Assembly (NCBI GenBank): GCA_052426225.1
Contig: JBNJNM010000014.1
Span: 1-64,000, forward strand
Length of the DNA stretch: 64,000 bases
Direction: 5' to 3'
Source: Zancudomyces culisetae HAW-14-8
Lineage: Eukaryota; Fungi; Kickxellomycota
Both the position numbers and the translations under genes were made by a program. The notes under the pieces were generated by a model. The model saw only the letters and a list, made by a program, of their open reading frames with translations. It was not told the DNA's origin and did not search any database. This document shows, one piece after another, positions 62,629 to 64,000 of the stretch (positions are counted from its first letter, which is position 1; the number at the start of each line of letters is the position of its first letter).

Positions 62629-64000
62629 ATGTCAAGTCAACAACAGAAACAAAAAAAAACACAAGAAATGTACGAAGGCAGGCTAGAGCTTTTTGTAATA
62701 CAGGGCAAGGGGATGCCTACAAGCGATCGGTTCTCGAAAAAAAACACATTTGTCGAGCTGGTTATAGGAAGCGTGATGAAACGGACGCTGACATCAAACA
62801 AGGGTGGCAATGCACCGCGGTGGAATGATCGGATTACGTTTAAAATCGCAGGAGTTGGGAAAGCTTCGATGCTTGTGAGGATTATGGAGGTTGGAAAGAT
62901 TGGAGGGGATGGGATTTGTTCGGGAATCGTTGATTTGCGAAAAGTGTTTGAAATGGAAGAATATGATGGTAAGGAGAATCTATTCACTTTTTTCCTTTAC
63001 TTTTCTTTCTGTTTGTTTTTCTGTGTTGGAAACTATATTAAAGTGGATTTTTTTTTTAAATTTTGTATTGTAAATGTGTACATGTAGCTTGGATTCCACT
63101 TAGCAAGAAGGATAGCCCGGCAGGTTCAGTTTATATAGAATTTACATTTACACCAAAGGTAATTGATTGAAAACAACAGACTCTACTACTACTACTACTA
63201 CTACTAGTATTAATAATAATGGTGATAAAAAGGCTGATAAATAAATAAAACTTGAAATGTAAATAGGGAGGTAGAAAAAGACCGAGTATAGTTCAACAAC
63301 TCAAAGACCTGACGATTGTGCCAACTACTGAACCTACACCACTACTGGAAAGTAGGAGTCAAGTAATGACAGGCGCTTCTGCACCACCACCACCACCGCC
63401 ATCACAGTTACAGTTACAATTGCAGCCGCAAACACAAGCACAGATACAAACACAATCTCAACCTTTACAACCATCTACACGACCGTTTTTACGGCGACCA
63501 TTACCACCACAATTACAACAACAACAGTACGAACAACAACAGTACGAACAACAACAGTATGAACAACAACAGTATGAACAGTTACATCAACAGCAACGAC
63601 AACAAGAATTACAGATGGCTACGGGAGAACCAGTAGAGTATTATTCCGACTATGTAGAGTATGCCGAGTATGCAGATGGAATGCAGTTTTATGACGAAGC
63701 ATCATCCACACTACACTACGACGATCAAGTATACAATGTGTATTCGTCAGCCAGCACTATAAAACCACTGCCCCAGAAACCTGGTGGTACATACCAATAC
63801 CAATACCAACAACAACAACAACAACAACAACCTCAACAACAACCTCAACAATCCCAACATCAATACCAACATCAACACCAACATCAATACCAAAATCAAC
63901 ATCAACTTCAACATCAACTTCAACATCAACCAGAATATGAAGCTACAAGTTATCAGCTTGATTCCGAGCTGCACTACGACCCAGAATCCTTTGATTACAC
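62629..64000 (+). CDS. N-terminal C2-domain protein with P/Q-rich tail, Fic1/Inn1-like (exons 62629-62968, 63088-63158, 63267->64000; runs off the window)
   Basis: GRLELFVIQGK, KRT...KGGNAPRWND, then spliced D-AWIPL..K..PAGSVYIEFTF, followed by PPPPPP and polyQ. Confidence 0.75.

Noticed and set aside
51395-63974. Many antisense or overlapping ORFs rich in L/V/C/F
   Set aside because: Shadows of polyQ/N/S/E tracts and microsatellites in real genes or intergenic DNA

Overview
AT-rich eukaryotic (fungal) genomic DNA. The rRNA expansion segments and gene style suggest an early-diverging fungus, possibly Harpellales/Kickxellomycotina; this assignment is inference only. The window has three compartments. 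(1) 1-8.9 kb: one minus-strand rDNA unit (18S-ITS1-5.8S-ITS2-28S plus 3' spacer), apparently at the edge of the array. (2) 9-39 kb: a gene-sparse accessory region. It holds a cluster of small secreted prepro-proteins: three paralogous 4-Cys, beta/gamma-crystallin-like proteins (one broken by an in-frame TAA), an R/D/Y-repeat protein and a GPI/tail-anchored protein. It also holds an intact 4,860-bp DIRS-1-type tyrosine-recombinase retrotransposon (perfect 194-bp ITRs, ICR, AATTA crossover core, all three frames used, predicted -1 gag-pol frameshift), a tandem F-box/ankyrin pair (one decayed), a GNAT and an MFS transporter. (3) 40-64 kb: housekeeping genes, increasingly low-complexity: tRNA-Ser(AGA), eIF2-gamma, an unknown multi-exon gene, a YABBY/HMG-like protein, an intronic C/D snoRNA in a non-coding host, an alpha-hydroxy-acid oxidase, uS11m, myotubularin, PDCD5, Def1 and a C2-domain Fic1/Inn1-like protein. 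The best candidates for an undescribed system are the secreted crystallin/killer-toxin-like family, whose acidic pro-peptides track the charge of the mature domain, and the expression architecture of the DIRS element.
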